The notes: generated by a model from the letters alone, not told the origin. DNA of 63,922 nt, filler included, from Licmophora abbreviata (GCA_900291995.1; 15 parts of 15 records of this genome joined end to end with filler, not necessarily neighbours in it); one strand, 5' to 3'. Numbered from the whole stretch's first letter, positions 24,982 through 39,332 are shown. Program-made: numbers and translations.

Positions 24982-25733
24982 GGTTGTGCCTATTCAATGT
25001 ATTCAAGCTGAGGACTGTGCGAATGGAGATGAAATGCAACGAATGTGGCAGCGGTCGACGATGCGGCGGTCACATCCGTGAATGACACGATGACCGCGAG
25101 GCGATCTTTCGCCTTCGAGTCAGTCGAAGTATTCGATGGGGTTACTTGAGACGAGTGATGGTGTATGTGACTCGGCGCTTAGAGTCTTCCAGTCCCTTGG
25201 TAGCAATGGCGGCTTTCGAAATTTCATAGACATGACTGTTGAACGAGTCATAGTCGAACAATGGGACCGAGCCTAATTTCAAAATTGTAATTGCTTGAAA
25301 AAGGGAGGCCTCGAAAGATATTTGCGAAAGCACCCATCGGGTAGCTAGCACGTCGTCACTGCTCGGAGGCTATTACGCCGCTACAGTGCGAAGCATCCCA
25401 CTCCTTGAATAACAGTCTTTCTATTTCTGACTCTTGACAAACTCCTGATAGGCCTCCATGGCTGCCTCTTGCAGTTCCACCGCCGCCGACGGCGGCAATT
25501 CCTCCACCACCATGCCCGGTTTGCCTTTTACCCGCGAAAAGGGCGGCACGACCGTATCAGCTCCAATCACACAGTCATCTTCAAGTATACACGCATCCTT
25601 GANNNNNNNNNNNNNNNNNNNNNNNNNNNNNNNNNNNNNNNNNNNNTTAATTAATTAANNNNNNNNNNNNNNNNNNNNNNNNNNNNNNNNNNNNNNNNNN
25701 NNATTCATTCATTCCACGGGTTGAAATATCATC

Positions 25734-26466
25734 ATGAGTGCCGATACAGAGTCTGCAGCAGCGGATGTAGATATGGCAGATGTCTGTGAACCAGCGGCGG
25801 TGAGTACGATTGGAATGAAAGGGACGGCGCATGGTGTGTTTCGCGTCTTGCACGCTCGACCCGACACGCAGAGATTCCTTGGAGACGTACCAGTCTATGT
25901 AAACAATGTACTAGAATAAGGAATCCGGGATGTTCACCTATGCCAAGATACAAACGGTCGGTGACAGCGCGTGTACCATGCTTCACCTCACCCCCTCTTT
26001 ATCTTTCTGCCTTGTCCATGTTCTATCCCAACACAGCCCGCCGCCGCCAAGGCACCCAAGGCTGTCCCTAGATTCGAAATCAAAAAGTGGAATGCCGTGG
26101 CCATGTGGTCGTGGGATATCTGCGCCGACACGGTACGCCAGTGTTTGGAATTGTGATGTTTTTTCGGGGCGCAAGGAGGAGGCCATGATACAAGCGACGG
26201 CGTGTCTCACCCTATCGTTCTCTTTCTTGCTGCAGTGCGCAATTTGCCGCAATTCATTGAACGAACCCAGCATCGAGTATCAAGCCAACCCGTCGCCCAC
26301 CAACGACAATGGACTTTCGATTGCATTTGGAAACTGTGGACATGTCTTTCATCTGGATTGTATCCAACGGTGGCTCAAGACTCGAAGTGTCTGTCCTCTA
26401 TGCAATAAGGAATGGGACTTTGCCAAGATTGAACGGATTCCGGGATATGGGCAGTTGGGAATTTAG
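25734..26466 (+). CDS. RBX1: RING-box protein RBX1/ROC1 (cullin-RING ligase subunit)
   Basis: Exons 25734-25799, 26037-26132 and 26236-26466. [27 protein letters not shown]...[27 protein letters not shown]. Confidence 0.95.
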
Positions 26467-27159
26467 AAAGAGCGCAGTTCATATGATAAAGCAAAACTCG
26501 AGTGGCAATGCCACCTCGAGACGAGCGCACAAGAGCGACTGAGTTGACACCTGTACTTATTATATAACTTCGCGAAACTCAGCAGCTCCCCGAACGAAAG
26601 AGTTACGAGTAGTGTAAGCCACTCTGCAGTAGCGTAAGGATTCGACTTGTGTCATGCGGCGCCTAGAACACCATTCGATGGAGCAGATCGTCTGCCGCTG
26701 AAGAAGCAAGTATAGGTCTACACTGTATATCTTCCTCCATCNNNNNNNNNNNNNNNNNNNNNNNNNNNNNNNNNNNNNNNNNNNNTTAATTAATTAANNN
26801 NNNNNNNNNNNNNNNNNNNNNNNNNNNNNNNNNNNNNNNNNATTGCTCGCGGACGTAAATAGCTCACTTCTAGATGATTCTCGCTCGGTGACAGAACGAC
26901 AATGCGACCCGAGAACCTTGGCTCCGGCCGGGTGCCGGAGGAACAATCGTACATCGCACTTCCGCTATCAACATACACTACGCACGAACTCTTTATAAAC
27001 TGGTCCTGCCCACCGGACACAGTCACCTTGACGGCTAGATGAAATCCGAGGACAGGCGTTCAAACTACGAGTAGCTAAAACCTAGAATCAGAATGCGTAG
27101 AGACGAACAAGCCCATTGCTTACTAGATCCGTGTTGGTATATCAGACTTTGCCGCACTC

Positions 27160-27766
<607 letters not shown>

Positions 27767-28716
27767 ATCTTCACTATTGTAATGGCAACCGTAGCTCTAC
27801 AGGGCGTTCAGGATGACAAGCAGAAAGAGGAGGTGAGCTAAGGGGCCATTTGCACCGTCCAACAGCGGCAAGAACACATGATCATGGAGACAGAATTACG
27901 AAGCGAGATTCCTTCTCGACACAGTTCCCAGCACAAACGATTCAATAAAATCAGCTGAGAAGGAATCCGGGATTTCCAATGCTTTCCGATCCAAGAGCGT
28001 AGAGATCCACGAGCGTAAATCCATTACTCGCTTCCAGTTGCAAGACCTCCAACGGCGCCTATTCTTCGTTCCAGTCGATTCATCACATCTATTCTCTATC
28101 TCTTTTCATTTCCATGTCCATTGGAGCCGCCGAAACAAGCAAAAGGAGCCTCCACACGCAAGCACGCACCAACCGAGTGATTGTGACCGAACCGAGCCGA
28201 TGGCGGATTCCGTGTACATGACTATGTCGTAGAAATCCTACGTAGCCGACCTCGCCGAGGCCTTTCGAGCTCTTTCGAAAACGACTTCTTCGAATAAAAA
28301 TCAAAAAGTGCGCGACAAGCCAGCCAGATCNNNNNNNNNNNNNNNNNNNNNNNNNNNNNNNNNNNNNNNNNNNNTTAATTAATTAANNNNNNNNNNNNNN
28401 NNNNNNNNNNNNNNNNNNNNNNNNNNNNNNAATAACCTATATACAAAACTGAATACGTGTATTACATACTATGGCGCACTGACATAAGCTCCATGAATAT
28501 TTTATAAAACGCCCTGAGGATATAGTTAACAAAGTAGGCTTCGCCAATTCTTTTGGCGGGAAGTCAAAATTGAGTTTCTACAAGACCACACATGGCGAGA
28601 ACGGGTGTTCCACACTCTTGCTGTCTTGCTCATCCATTCTTGGATTGATTGCCAAAGAGGTGATACGTAGATGCACACCGCCTATGGGCGCCTCTGTTAC
28701 ACAAACAAGAACCAAA

Positions 28717-31111
28717 ATGTCATCACCAGGAAAAACACCGCCCACTAAGGGAAGCTGGAAATCACGATTTGGAATGCGTCGTCCATCCGAGCAGGAATCG
28801 TCGCCTCGTTCCAAGACGACTACGACTACAAGCTACGAACCACTCAAGGAAAATACAACAGTTGAAGGTAGCAGTGCTCGTGGAGGGGCATCCCTGGCGT
28901 CGTCCCGTCAATCCGCTAGGTCCAAGAAGGGGATGGGTGGACGACTCCGAAACTTGCTGTCGCCGTCAACTTTGGAGAGCAAGGGGGAACCAAGAGACAC
29001 ACAATCCCCATCCAAGAAATCGACGTCCAACACTGCCACTACAAGTACGATCAGAAACAAGAATCAGTCACAGCAACAAGTCGTGGAGACACCGTCACTT
29101 CCTGTCTTTTCCTATGAACTCGATGAGAAACGTACGAGCAAGGAGCGCGACGGGTTTTGCCGCAGAGTGGATCATTACGATGGACAAGTCGTAGTTGTAG
29201 ATGGAAAGAACACATATGAGCTTGGGAATTACTTGGGTGGGGGTGTTGCGGGGGTTGTGTACGAAGGGCATCGACTCCGTCCCATGGAAGAGTACCCAGT
29301 CCGAGGAGGTGTCATCGTGGAGGATAAGGATCAGATTGTTGAGGAACCGAAAGTTTTAAGGAATCAAGAAGCCGCCTCGTTCCTAATGTGTGGAGACGGG
29401 TTCCTACCCGCCGAGGAAGATGAGGGGCCAGAAGCGGTGAAGCCAGCGGAGGACATTCTTGGAGCACCTCCGCGCGTGCCTTCGACGCCCATGATGGCCA
29501 TGGACGTGGCAATTGAAACGACGGCCGACCAGGATCAAGCCGTTGTAGTGGATACCGTGGATGCACCGTCACGAACGAAATTGCAGCTTGCCAAAAAGGC
29601 CACCGAAGCCCATCCTCTGTCAGACGAGACGGTGGCTATCAAGATATTAAATCCAGTGGGCTTCCGCATATTGCCCGCCGACGCGACTCAGAAGGCCGTA
29701 GTCCTACGTGAGGGCGAGCCCATGCCCAAGCCTGTACAGCAAGGCAAAATGCCGATGCAGGAGAATCATGTGTGGTGGATTATCAATCCAAATTCACGAA
29801 ACTTACGGACTCTACAACGTACGTCTGACACAGTGGAGCGAGGTACGGCCGAAAAGGGCCTGAGGTTGAGCATGGTGGCAGCCTACAAAGACCCCGAATC
29901 AAATCAGCTGCGTGAGCTACCACTCACTCGATGCATTGAAATCTGGGGTCATGTTCCATTCAGTGCTTCAGACAAACAGTTCGATCAAATGATGGAGGCC
30001 ATTGAACGAGTAAATGCTGGACAAGTGCCCCTGCCCGTGCTGATCAATAGCTCCTCGCCCCCCTCGCGAGTCGGCACGGACACGACCTCTTCCGCCTCTG
30101 CCGGGTCTACCGAGGACAACTTGGCAGATNNNNNNNNNNNNNNNNNNNNNNNNNNNNNNNNNNNNNNNNNNNNTTAATTAATTAANNNNNNNNNNNNNNN
30201 NNNNNNNNNNNNNNNNNNNNNNNNNNNNNCGCGAACTAGCTTGCGGCATCTTCTACTGCCATTCGAACGGTATTGCTCACAGAGACCTCAAGCCCGAAAA
30301 CCTGTTGGTCCACAGTGAGCCCGATGGTCATGGCACGCTTAAGATTGCTGACTTTGGTCTCTCTGCTACGTTCGCCATTACAAACGCCGGTACTTCCGAC
30401 GACGTCATCGACTCCTTCGGCAACACGATTGATTTTGATCGATTCAGCTCCGTCTCTTCAATGGTGAAGGGGTCACCGGACGCGACCACGCCTGCTGTTC
30501 TTTCAGCTCCAACAAAGCCCTCCTCACCGCTGAACACCATTGCCACATTGAGCGCGTCGGCCCTGAATATTTTGCAATGTGGAAGCATGGACGATATTCT
30601 GTGCGGGCGTGCCCCTGGGGACGAGGACGCGCCACCGTCGCCGCTCCGGCGCATGACATCGATTGTGGGTTCTCCGCACTACGTCGCACCCGAAATCATT
30701 TCGCAACACGATGAGAACCAATCTAGGTCGAGGAAGAAGAAGAAGGCCGCCGGCCCAGGCTACGATGGTACCAAGGCGGATGTGTGGAGCGCAGGCGTCA
30801 TTTTGTACGCCATGCTATTCCGATCCTTGCCTTTTGGAGAGGATCTACTGCGGTGTCCGCGGTATCAGTCTTTCTTAAAGTGGTACGAAGACGCTCGAGT
30901 CGGTGGAACCCGAAGGTCGAGCGCTGCAGGCGCGTTGGATCCAAACTTCACTGAGGCCGACGAGCGTAGCATGCTGGGCCCGCACTGGTTCTTCCCCGAT
31001 GACAGCAGCCGAGAGGCGAAAGATGTGATTGTTGCTATGCTGAATCCAAATCCAGAGGATCGTCTGTCGATCGAACAAGTACTGCAACACCCGTGGTTCG
31101 AGGCAAACTAG
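28717..31111 (+). CDS. Ser/Thr protein kinase (CAMK/SNF1-like) with large insertions, spanning gap 30130-30229
   Basis: [10 protein letters not shown] and VAIK lie before the gap. [37 protein letters not shown] and [16 protein letters not shown] lie after it. Confidence 0.88.
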
Positions 31112-31735
31112 CCGCATCGATGATCTTACATGCACTAGTACATGACTCATATCTCAATCGAGCTAGCTAATGTCTAAAGTTTTCCGATGATCTTTTTTAC
31201 GGTGCGAGCTCGCCTGAGCCGCACGCCGCTTCTTGAAAAACTCATCTCACGAAAACCCACAGGGCAATGAAACACCGATGCGAATTGGCCATGTTCCTTC
31301 ATCACACTAGAAATCGCACCATGGAAGATACCTCAATGATCACCGCTCCAAGCGACTCGTCCAAAGACTTGATGAAGTTTGTCTTCCTGCGGAAGGATAT
31401 GCTCACGTACTTGACGTACGATCATGTTGTCCGAGCCTGAGGGCCATTTGGATTCAGGAACGAACGCGATGAACAAGGAAGAGACCAACGCTGCTCCGGA
31501 CTTGAAGTTATTATGACACCTGGGTCGGCGGCATACTGAGTTTGCTCAAGTTGTGCATGTGCGAGCAGGAAGGAGCTATTGGCTAGTTTCCCAACGTCAC
31601 TTGGAGGTTTCCCATGTCTGGAGGTCGGCTGGAGTACACATCGATGATGAGTGGGTAAACGATAGCTTACAGCTGATTTAGCGTTAAATGCTCAACAGTA
31701 CAGTGTGATAGCGACGTAGAAACCAATGGGTCGTC

Positions 31736-32458
31736 CTAGCTGACCCAGTAATCGTCAGAGGTGGTGACTGTGCCATGGTTGTGATGATTTGGTTCCCAGC
31801 TCCAATAGGCATCACTTGCCGTTACTTTGCAAGTATTCCAGCTCCAATAGTCGTGTGAACAGGATGTTGTTGCTGCATTTTCCACTAGTTTCTGTTCCAA
31901 GTGCCGAGCACTCAAGAGCAGCCGCGCCTCTCGTGCGGCACGAGCAACCTCGACGCGTGCTTGCTGTTTGTCTTCTGTTGAAAAGTCCCAATAGGATGGG
32001 TCTTTGCTTGCCACGGTGAACTTGTTCAAAGCCCGGTCGTGAATGACGTTCGTGGCGGTAAGTACAGATGCGTGTTGGGGTTGACTGGCCACAGCTGCTG
32101 TCTCCGCCGTGTCCGTCTCGGCTGACCACGTCCAGTAGTCGCCATCAATCGACGCATCCGGGTCGGTCTCGACCTTGCCGAGTTCTTTGGACGCAGCGAT
32201 AAGCTTCGCCTCGATGTGAGCAGCTGAAGTGATTTCGCGGGCCTTCTCTTTGCGATCAGCCTTGCTCGAAGCGGGCCACGTCCAATAGTCGATAGCATGG
32301 TTCGACGACGTCTCGACTAGATTCTTCGATGCGGTGGTATGAATCTCTTCGTTGGAGTCGGTGAGAGGGAGGAAGTCTGATTTGACTATCAGAGAGGACA
32401 GGTCGACATTCGAGAGGCTCTCGACGACGCTGGCGACTTCAAAGACGTTCGGAGGCAT
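31736..32458 (-). CDS. Hypothetical protein with six (D/A/S)YW motifs, mostly YW(S/T)W
   Basis: 240-aa ATG-started ORF with motifs DYWTW, DYWTW, SYWDF, DYWSW, AYWSW and DYWVS. Confidence 0.7.
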   Translation of the reverse strand: MPPNVFEVASVVESLSNVDLSSLIVKSDFLPLTDSNEEIHTTASKNLVETSSNHAIDYWTWPASSKADRKEKAREITSAAHIEAKLIAASKELGKVETDPDASIDGDYWTWSAETDTAETAAVASQPQHASVLTATNVIHDRALNKFTVASKDPSYWDFSTEDKQQARVEVARAAREARLLLSARHLEQKLVENAATTSCSHDYWSWNTCKVTASDAYWSWEPNHHNHGTVTTSDDYWVS

Positions 32459-32838
32459 GTTTCAGTGTAGTAAAATGAGTCTTTGTCGATGTTTCGGTTG
32501 GCAAATTGTGAGGCCACAGCGATCATTTCACAACCGGAAACGCACTTTCGTTTTTCCANNNNNNNNNNNNNNNNNNNNNNNNNNNNNNNNNNNNNNNNNN
32601 NNTTAATTAATTAANNNNNNNNNNNNNNNNNNNNNNNNNNNNNNNNNNNNNNNNNNNNTGACAATCGGACCGACTCGACGATTGGATGGAGGACATCAGT
32701 GAAACCATAGCTAGCAACATTGACATACTAAGCGAAGGATCTTTTAGCCTGTATTTTTCGACCTAGTACGAGCATCGTGTCCATTTCAATATCTGCTACC
32801 ATAGTCGGAACGTTGCAACCAGCCAGTTCGAATACCGC

Positions 32839-33431
32839 TCACCAAAAGAGAGGCCCCACGAGAACACTCAAGGCTGCCACCATCGCCAACAGGTAATTGG
32901 TAACCAAACTGTACCAGATGAAACGCGCCAAGAAGTGATTGTATCGACCCGACGGCCCGTTCTTTGCGTAATCACCAGCCCAAGCCACTCGAGCCCAGCA
33001 CCAAAGAGCGCACGAAACAAAGGTGACAAGTGGAAAGCACAAGGCCGCGATCACAGATGTAGCATAAACTGAGTCAAAGACTCAAGAATCTGCTGATGGG
33101 AACGCTGCACGCTGTTGAAGCCCTTGGCATTCGCGGAAGTTCCGTGAACATAGAGATTTGGAATCAAATATCTGTCCAAGTCCTTTTCGCCATCCTTTTC
33201 AGCTTTCTCCTTGTAAGACGAGCGCGTTCGACCCACACTTAGTCCATAGGCCGTGAGCCAAAATGAGAAGCCAGTCAGTACGAGCAGGACGAGTCCGAAG
33301 GCACGCGGAGGTCCCCCGACGACTTCGGAGCGTTCATACAGAAAAGGCACGGCGGGTTCCACGATCTTCTTCTCAAATAAACTCCCTCCAATGGCGCCCA
33401 ACGAGCACAAGAAAAGAACTTTGGTTGCCAT
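32839..33431 (-). CDS. MAPEG family protein (microsomal glutathione S-transferase 3-like)
   Basis: Motifs VGRTRSSY, YLIPNLY, FNSVQRSHQQILE, ARVAWAGDY. One T is missing in the run at ~33066-33068; restoring it gives QFYATSVIAALCFP. Confidence 0.82.
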
Positions 33432-33739
33432 TGTGTTGAGTAGTCTAATAGTGGAGCAGGAAGAGTCTACTGTGATCTTATCCGCGACGCCGGTGTTGTG
33501 TGAGCATCTTCACATCGACCAACGTCGTCTCTTGAATCTGCGCGCGTCGGCGGTTGTGGGCGACACCGCGCAATCTCCGCGCAACTTTTGTGGAACTTTA
33601 CAAGAGCGCACGGTCACCCTCACAAAAGTTTCCAGTCTCTCACCTATCACACCGTTTTGGCGTAAGCATTGTAAGCACATCGACTGACTCTATGGGCGCC
33701 TCTACTATTATATGGCAAGCGTAATAGATTTAATACAAC

Positions 33740-34959
33740 TTACTCGCGTTTCTTCTCATCCTTGAGAAAGACATCGGCGGCTTTGTAGAAAATATCTCGC
33801 TGCTTCTCACCGGGAATCTTCTTGGCCATGTCCAAACGAACCATGTAGGTATCGCGCAAGAGCATATTTTCGTACTGACCCGAGAGCGGCACCAGAACTC
33901 TGCGAAACACTACTTCCGCACCCTTGAACATGGGAAGAAACAAGTATACCGTTGCCACAAGACACAACGAGTAGAATCCACGAATCTGGCCGACCCATGT
34001 CTCGAGGTAGTCCATGACGATGAAGAGTAAACTGAAACATGCCCAGTATGTGAGCCAGTAGGTATCATCTTTGACATCCGACTCGGTAGTAACAGCTACC
34101 AGCGACGCAATCACGGGATAGACAGTTCCCGTCGCCACGACAACAAAGCGACGCGCAGGTTCCGGAAGTGACATGAATGTGAACCATATCATCCAGAGAT
34201 GAGCCGAGTTCACGATCGTCAATATCCATCCACCCCAACCGTCAAATTTGCTTTTGAGAGACTGAGCTCGGGGCGCAATGAGCGGCAGGGTAATTTTATC
34301 GTAGAGAAACCCAGCACCGTCGGTCCAAGGGAGCATCAACCATATCGTAACAAAGAACTCAAACTGGTACCAATGTTCCGCCAAAAAGGGAATCTTATCC
34401 GCCAGTGTATCCATAAATTCAGTTGCATACGAAAAGGTTCCAGAAGCCAACCAGAACTGGGGTTAAGAGAGAGAGAGCAAGAATGTGCTGATGAGCATGT
34501 TGACGAACAAGAATCCTTCGACTGAGCGCCGAGCTCAAACAACACAACCCTTGTAAAATCGCAGGAGAGGTTCGAAACGTTTCCCGGCCACCATCCAAAA
34601 GAACAATCCAGCAGGGGTCTGGCGCCAAACCCTGGATCACCACTCTAGCCCACACGCACCTGCAGCCACGCCGTGTCATCTGCCTCTCCGATACTGCAGA
34701 CCGCCACGATACTCTCATAGACAGGCACCAGAGTTCCAAACACCAACACTCCACCCTCCGAGAACAAGACGTCCTGAATCTTTTCGGGAACAAGCACCAG
34801 CACGGCAACGGCAGCTCCAAGAAAAATGAGATGATAGATTGGATTCTTGCCCCGGGAGCGACGGACGCGGTGCAGAATGGGACACAAGACAAAGATACTC
34901 GCGATCGCTCCGACGTATGTGAGCGACTTGACGGGATCTTCCCATAGAAAGTCCAACAT
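33740..34959 (-). CDS. TB2/DP1/HVA22 (REEP-like) membrane protein with two repeats
   Basis: Intron 34659-34457. Repeats GTLVPVYES...DDTAWLQFW...WLMLPWTDGA and GTVYPVIAS...DDTYWLTYW...YLFLPMFKGA. Confidence 0.87.
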
Positions 34960-35493
34960 GATGATTATGCTTCACAGTCAGCAATACATACATCGAAACA
35001 CCCTTGGGGCGGGGTGCAATGAAAGATCTGCCCTTCAAGTCAATCCCGACTTCATAGGTGTCAACACACGAGCTCCACTACGAAGTCTACTCACTGCTCT
35101 GGGGGGAAAGTTCAAAGTGGAAGGCCGCCCGGCGTGTGCAATTATTGAGCATACATATTTAGTCAAGTGTTGAGGATGCATTCAGGTGCCATTTGCGAAG
35201 CATTTAGCTATGATTACTTCAAAGTCAANNNNNNNNNNNNNNNNNNNNNNNNNNNNNNNNNNNNNNNNNNNNTTAATTAATTAANNNNNNNNNNNNNNNN
35301 NNNNNNNNNNNNNNNNNNNNNNNNNNNNTCTACTCTAAAAGACCGAGATCTTTTGCGATCTTTTTGACCGCGAACAGGAGAACCAGAACGAAGCACGAAA
35401 CCATCCTACAGCATCAGCAGGCAACGAACAGTCGTCTGTAGTCGAGCAAGCAACCCAATTTGATCCCCCGGAACGCTTAAAACATTGTGCATC

Positions 35494-37327
35494 ATGGCCT
35501 TGACGGACGAACAAAAGAAAAAGCAAGAGGAGGCGAAAGCCGAGCTCGGCACGATTCTCGCCCAGTCGCGTCCCAAAAATCTTCGTCAGGGCGTCGTGCG
35601 GGGCGTGGGCAACGTCGTCTCTGGATGCGTCGGCGGCGTAGGAGTCCTTGTCCTCGCCCCGACGGCGGGACTGGCCATTGGCGCCCAACGCGGGGGACTA
35701 CTCGGTGGAGTTTTCGGCCTCACTGGCGGTGCTATTATCGGAGCGGTCGGAGGAGCGGCCATGATCGTAGGAGGTGTGTATCATCTTGTACCGGTATACT
35801 CGTACGCTTGAACTGAGTTCAGTCTACGACTGTCGACATTACGGACCGTTTCTCACTATCACCCGTCTCTTATTACTTCCAGGTGCCTTGGGCGGTGTCA
35901 GTCAGCTTGTCCAGGGAGTCGTGGCCATCCCTGGAGCTCTTGTTGGTCCGTCGCAAGGAAAATGGTGGAATGAGAATGAGGGCCGCTGGGTCAAAACTGA
36001 GCTCACGAAAGACTTGGCGGACATCATGGACATTCCCGAGGACGACAGTGACATCTTGGGAGACCTTGAGAAGGAAGTAGAGGGCAGTGTTCTCAAGGGT
36101 GCCACAGGCGACGTCAAAGACCCTTACTACTATGAAGTTCTGGAAGTCGACCCCAAGGCAGAACCGTCGGCCATTAAGCGCAAGTACTATGTCCTTGCTC
36201 GTAAGTACCACCCAGACAAGGTTGGAACAGACGACAAGGAAGCTGCGGACAAGTTCAAGAACATTGCGGAGGCCTACCAGGTGCTGAGCGACCCGGAACT
36301 CCGTGCGCGATACGACACTGATGGACGCGATGGATTGTCGGCAGATAAGACGACTGTCGCCGACGAAGTCCCCAAGCTTGACCCTGCCCTCCTCTTTGCC
36401 TTTTTGTTTGGATCCGATCGTTTTGAAGATTATATTGGACGCGTCGCTATGGCTACGTCTGCCATGGTTGGAGACTCTCCCAAGGTTACGAAAGCGCAGG
36501 CTCGCACCATCCAGAAGCGTCGCGTCACGCGTCTTGCTGGAAACTCGCAGAAAAGCTGCAAAAATGGACCGAGGAGGACTACGATGCCTGCAAGGTCATG
36601 TGGAAGACGGAGGCCGCAGAGTTGAGCACTGCCAGTTNNNNNNNNNNNNNNNNNNNNNNNNNNNNNNNNNNNNNNNNNNNNTTAATTAATTAANNNNNNN
36701 NNNNNNNNNNNNNNNNNNNNNNNNNNNNNNNNNNNNNATGGTCTTGAGCTTGTCCGCACGATCGGTAAGATTTACAATCTGGCTGCCGTGCATTTCATCG
36801 GATCGACGGAAAGCGGCATCGGCCTGCCAGCTGTGAGCGACTGGGCCAAGGGTCACCAGGCTAACCTCAAAAAGTCCAATGATGCCAACAAGACGAAGTA
36901 CGCGCAGACCAAAGCTGCTTTGGATGCTGCCATGAAAGGCCAGAAGTACGCCAAGAGGATGGAAGAGGCCAAGACGGACGAGGAGAAGCAAGAAATCCAG
37001 GCGGAGATGGAAGCCAACTTGGCTTCAACTCTCCTGCAGATCATGTGGACCACGACGGTCGTGGATATTACAGCCACGCTCTGGGAAGTGGCCCAATTGG
37101 TTTTCTTTGACCAGAGCGTCGACGATGATACTCGCAAGAGGCGCGCATACGGACTCAAAAATTTGGGTGAGATCTTTATGGAATGTCCGGAGCCGCCAAA
37201 GGGCGAAGACGAAGAAGTAAAGGATGCTCAGAAGCTTTATGAGGAAGCGGCCTTCGCCGCCATGCTTGAGACTGTGCAGCGCCAGGATGATGCCAAGTTT
37301 AACAAGGAGAACATGTTTAACCAGTAG
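35494..37327 (+). CDS. DnaJ-domain protein with DnaJ-X domain, spanning gap 36638-36737
   Basis: Intron 35774-35882. YYEVLEV...IKRKYYVLARKYHPDK...AYQVLSDPELRARYD, FGSDRFEDYIG, DITATL...KRRAYGLKNLGEIF. Frameshift at ~36540. Confidence 0.9.
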
Positions 37328-37566
37328 GGAAAACTAACGTCGCGCGAATTTCAGTTAAACGTAGAATCTACTATTGTCAAACATCATCGACCAAAAAATA
37401 AACTCCACTACAATGAAACTTGTGGTCCGGGTTTCCGTAAAGAGGGCGGGAGGCTCTCAGGACACCTCGAAGATCACGTCATGGATTAGCCGCGTTGAGG
37501 ATGGTTGATGCAGCTACTACGCTATTCAACAACGACACAATACGAGAATAGACTAGCAACTTCCCT

Positions 37567-38888
37567 CTATGATATCTTGACGACTTTGAGCAGTCCGAGC
37601 GCAAAATGATCGAAGTTCCCTCCCACTATCCAATCACCCGAATACCAATGGCTTACTGGGAGCGCCGTCAAGACGACCAAGGTCGACACAATAGGCCGTG
37701 GCAGCCTCTGGACGAGCCATTGAAAACCTGGCAAGCGGCCAAGTGGTCTTTCCAACAACATGGTGAGACCACAATACAGAAAGAAAGCTGTCTGTTTGAA
37801 CAAGATTGGAAAGAAACAGTTCACGCAACCGGCTTCAATCGTTCGACGTTGGTGAAAGAAGATTAGGGTCCACGAGTAGTCGTGCAGGATTCCCGAGGCG
37901 ACAAAGCACACAATTACCGCAATCGGAGTCGAAAAGTATTTTCTGGTGGGAAGAAATGCGCCTCTTTTGAGAGTCCCATGAATGACCAGATTCCACCTTT
38001 TGGACCAGAATTGGCTTGGACAGTCCGACGTGAAAAGTGGGTTCCGAAAAACCTCCTTCGTCACCCAACCCTGTGCATTCTGACCGAAAGCCGTCAGACT
38101 GAACCCAACAGACAATGTCAAATACGTAAGGACTACAGTACAGAAAGAAGCGAAAAGAGTTTAGGCACGCATTCACTCCTCGATAGATTGCCAAAGAGTA
38201 AAATTCTCAACGTACCAGCCGCCAAATAGTTGTTCGCGAGTTGCCCAGGATAGAGAAGCTCAGGCGTCACATGAAACTCATTCAGCACGACCTTCGATTC
38301 AAAAGGCTTGAAGTTGTAGGCCATAAGGTAGCTCAGAAGCAATGAAACCATGAGAAATTGAACGACAATGCGCCATATGTTCACCAACATCTGTCTCGTA
38401 GTAATTTTGAGCCGCTTGTTTGTCTTTTCATCCCACTCAAACTCGATGAGCGACGAGCAATAGGCAGCGTAATGACCGATCGACGTCTCAACTGAGCTCG
38501 GTGAAGTTCCATGCATGGCCTCGATGCAGCGAAAGACAATCACCGTCGGTAAGGTCCCGGCGCTCAACTTGAGAGTGCGGTTTTGGAGGTCAAAGTATTC
38601 GAGCAGGGGATACGGTATCCACATGACGATCGGGATGATGAAGCCATATCCGAGCAGGTAAGCACCTAAAGATCCTCGATGCTTGATAATGTTATTGTAC
38701 ATGATAGTTGAGAACGCGCACATGAGGACTGTCTGCAAAGCAAGGAGGTAAAGGAGGTGGTTCCAAAACTGCATTTTGGGCGCCAACACTCCGAACGTGC
38801 CCTCCACTCCAGGAATCTCCAATGTCATAAACGGCTCGCGGTCATCGTCGACCAGCTTGTCCGCAAACAGATCTTGAAGGAAGGCCAT
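37567..38888 (-). CDS. Membrane-bound O-acyltransferase (MBOAT_2/wax-synthase-like)
   Basis: Intron 38215-38133. Motifs NPLFTSDCPSQFWSKRWN and FVASGILHD; multiple TM segments. Confidence 0.85.
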
Positions 38889-39332
38889 CTTTCGTCCTAG
38901 ACAGCACAGAAGAGCTACCGGTATAGTCTATGGCTGCCACGCAATCGTTTTGAATGATGCGATCGAGAACTAGTTGATGTGATGGGTCTCGAGATGAACC
39001 CCGCGCCAACCTGAAACTGAAAGATCAAAGATCGCGACTCACTCTGTGGCGACGGCCAGATTGGGTCATGCACGCTCAGTGTCTGGTCGTCGTGTCACCG
39101 CCCTGAACTCTCGACCGTCGGGGGTAGGGATATACGGCACAAGCAGCTCTCTCTGCTGTTGTCGTTGACAGTCTACCGAGAAATCCTTGACCCATATACC
39201 AACAAGTAGTCTCTATAATAAGAGAGTAGAGTACAAGGAGTCTAACACTGGGTTCCATACATATGTTTATGGAGTTCTGCTACGCATCACTTTTCTCTTG
39301 CGCGTGTGTATATTCAGAAAACAACGTTTCCA

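Noticed and set aside
25458..25602. Short ATG ORF running into a gap
   Set aside because: Only 48 codons with no recognisable motif; cannot be supported as a gene.
28260..28300. TTCGAA-rich tract upstream of UBC4 as a heat-shock element
   Set aside because: The spacing does not fit nTTCnnGAAn.
32839..38888. MAPEG and MBOAT genes as members of the fatty-acid cluster
   Set aside because: They are lipid-related but 12-18 kb and several gaps beyond DUF1365, with unrelated genes between.
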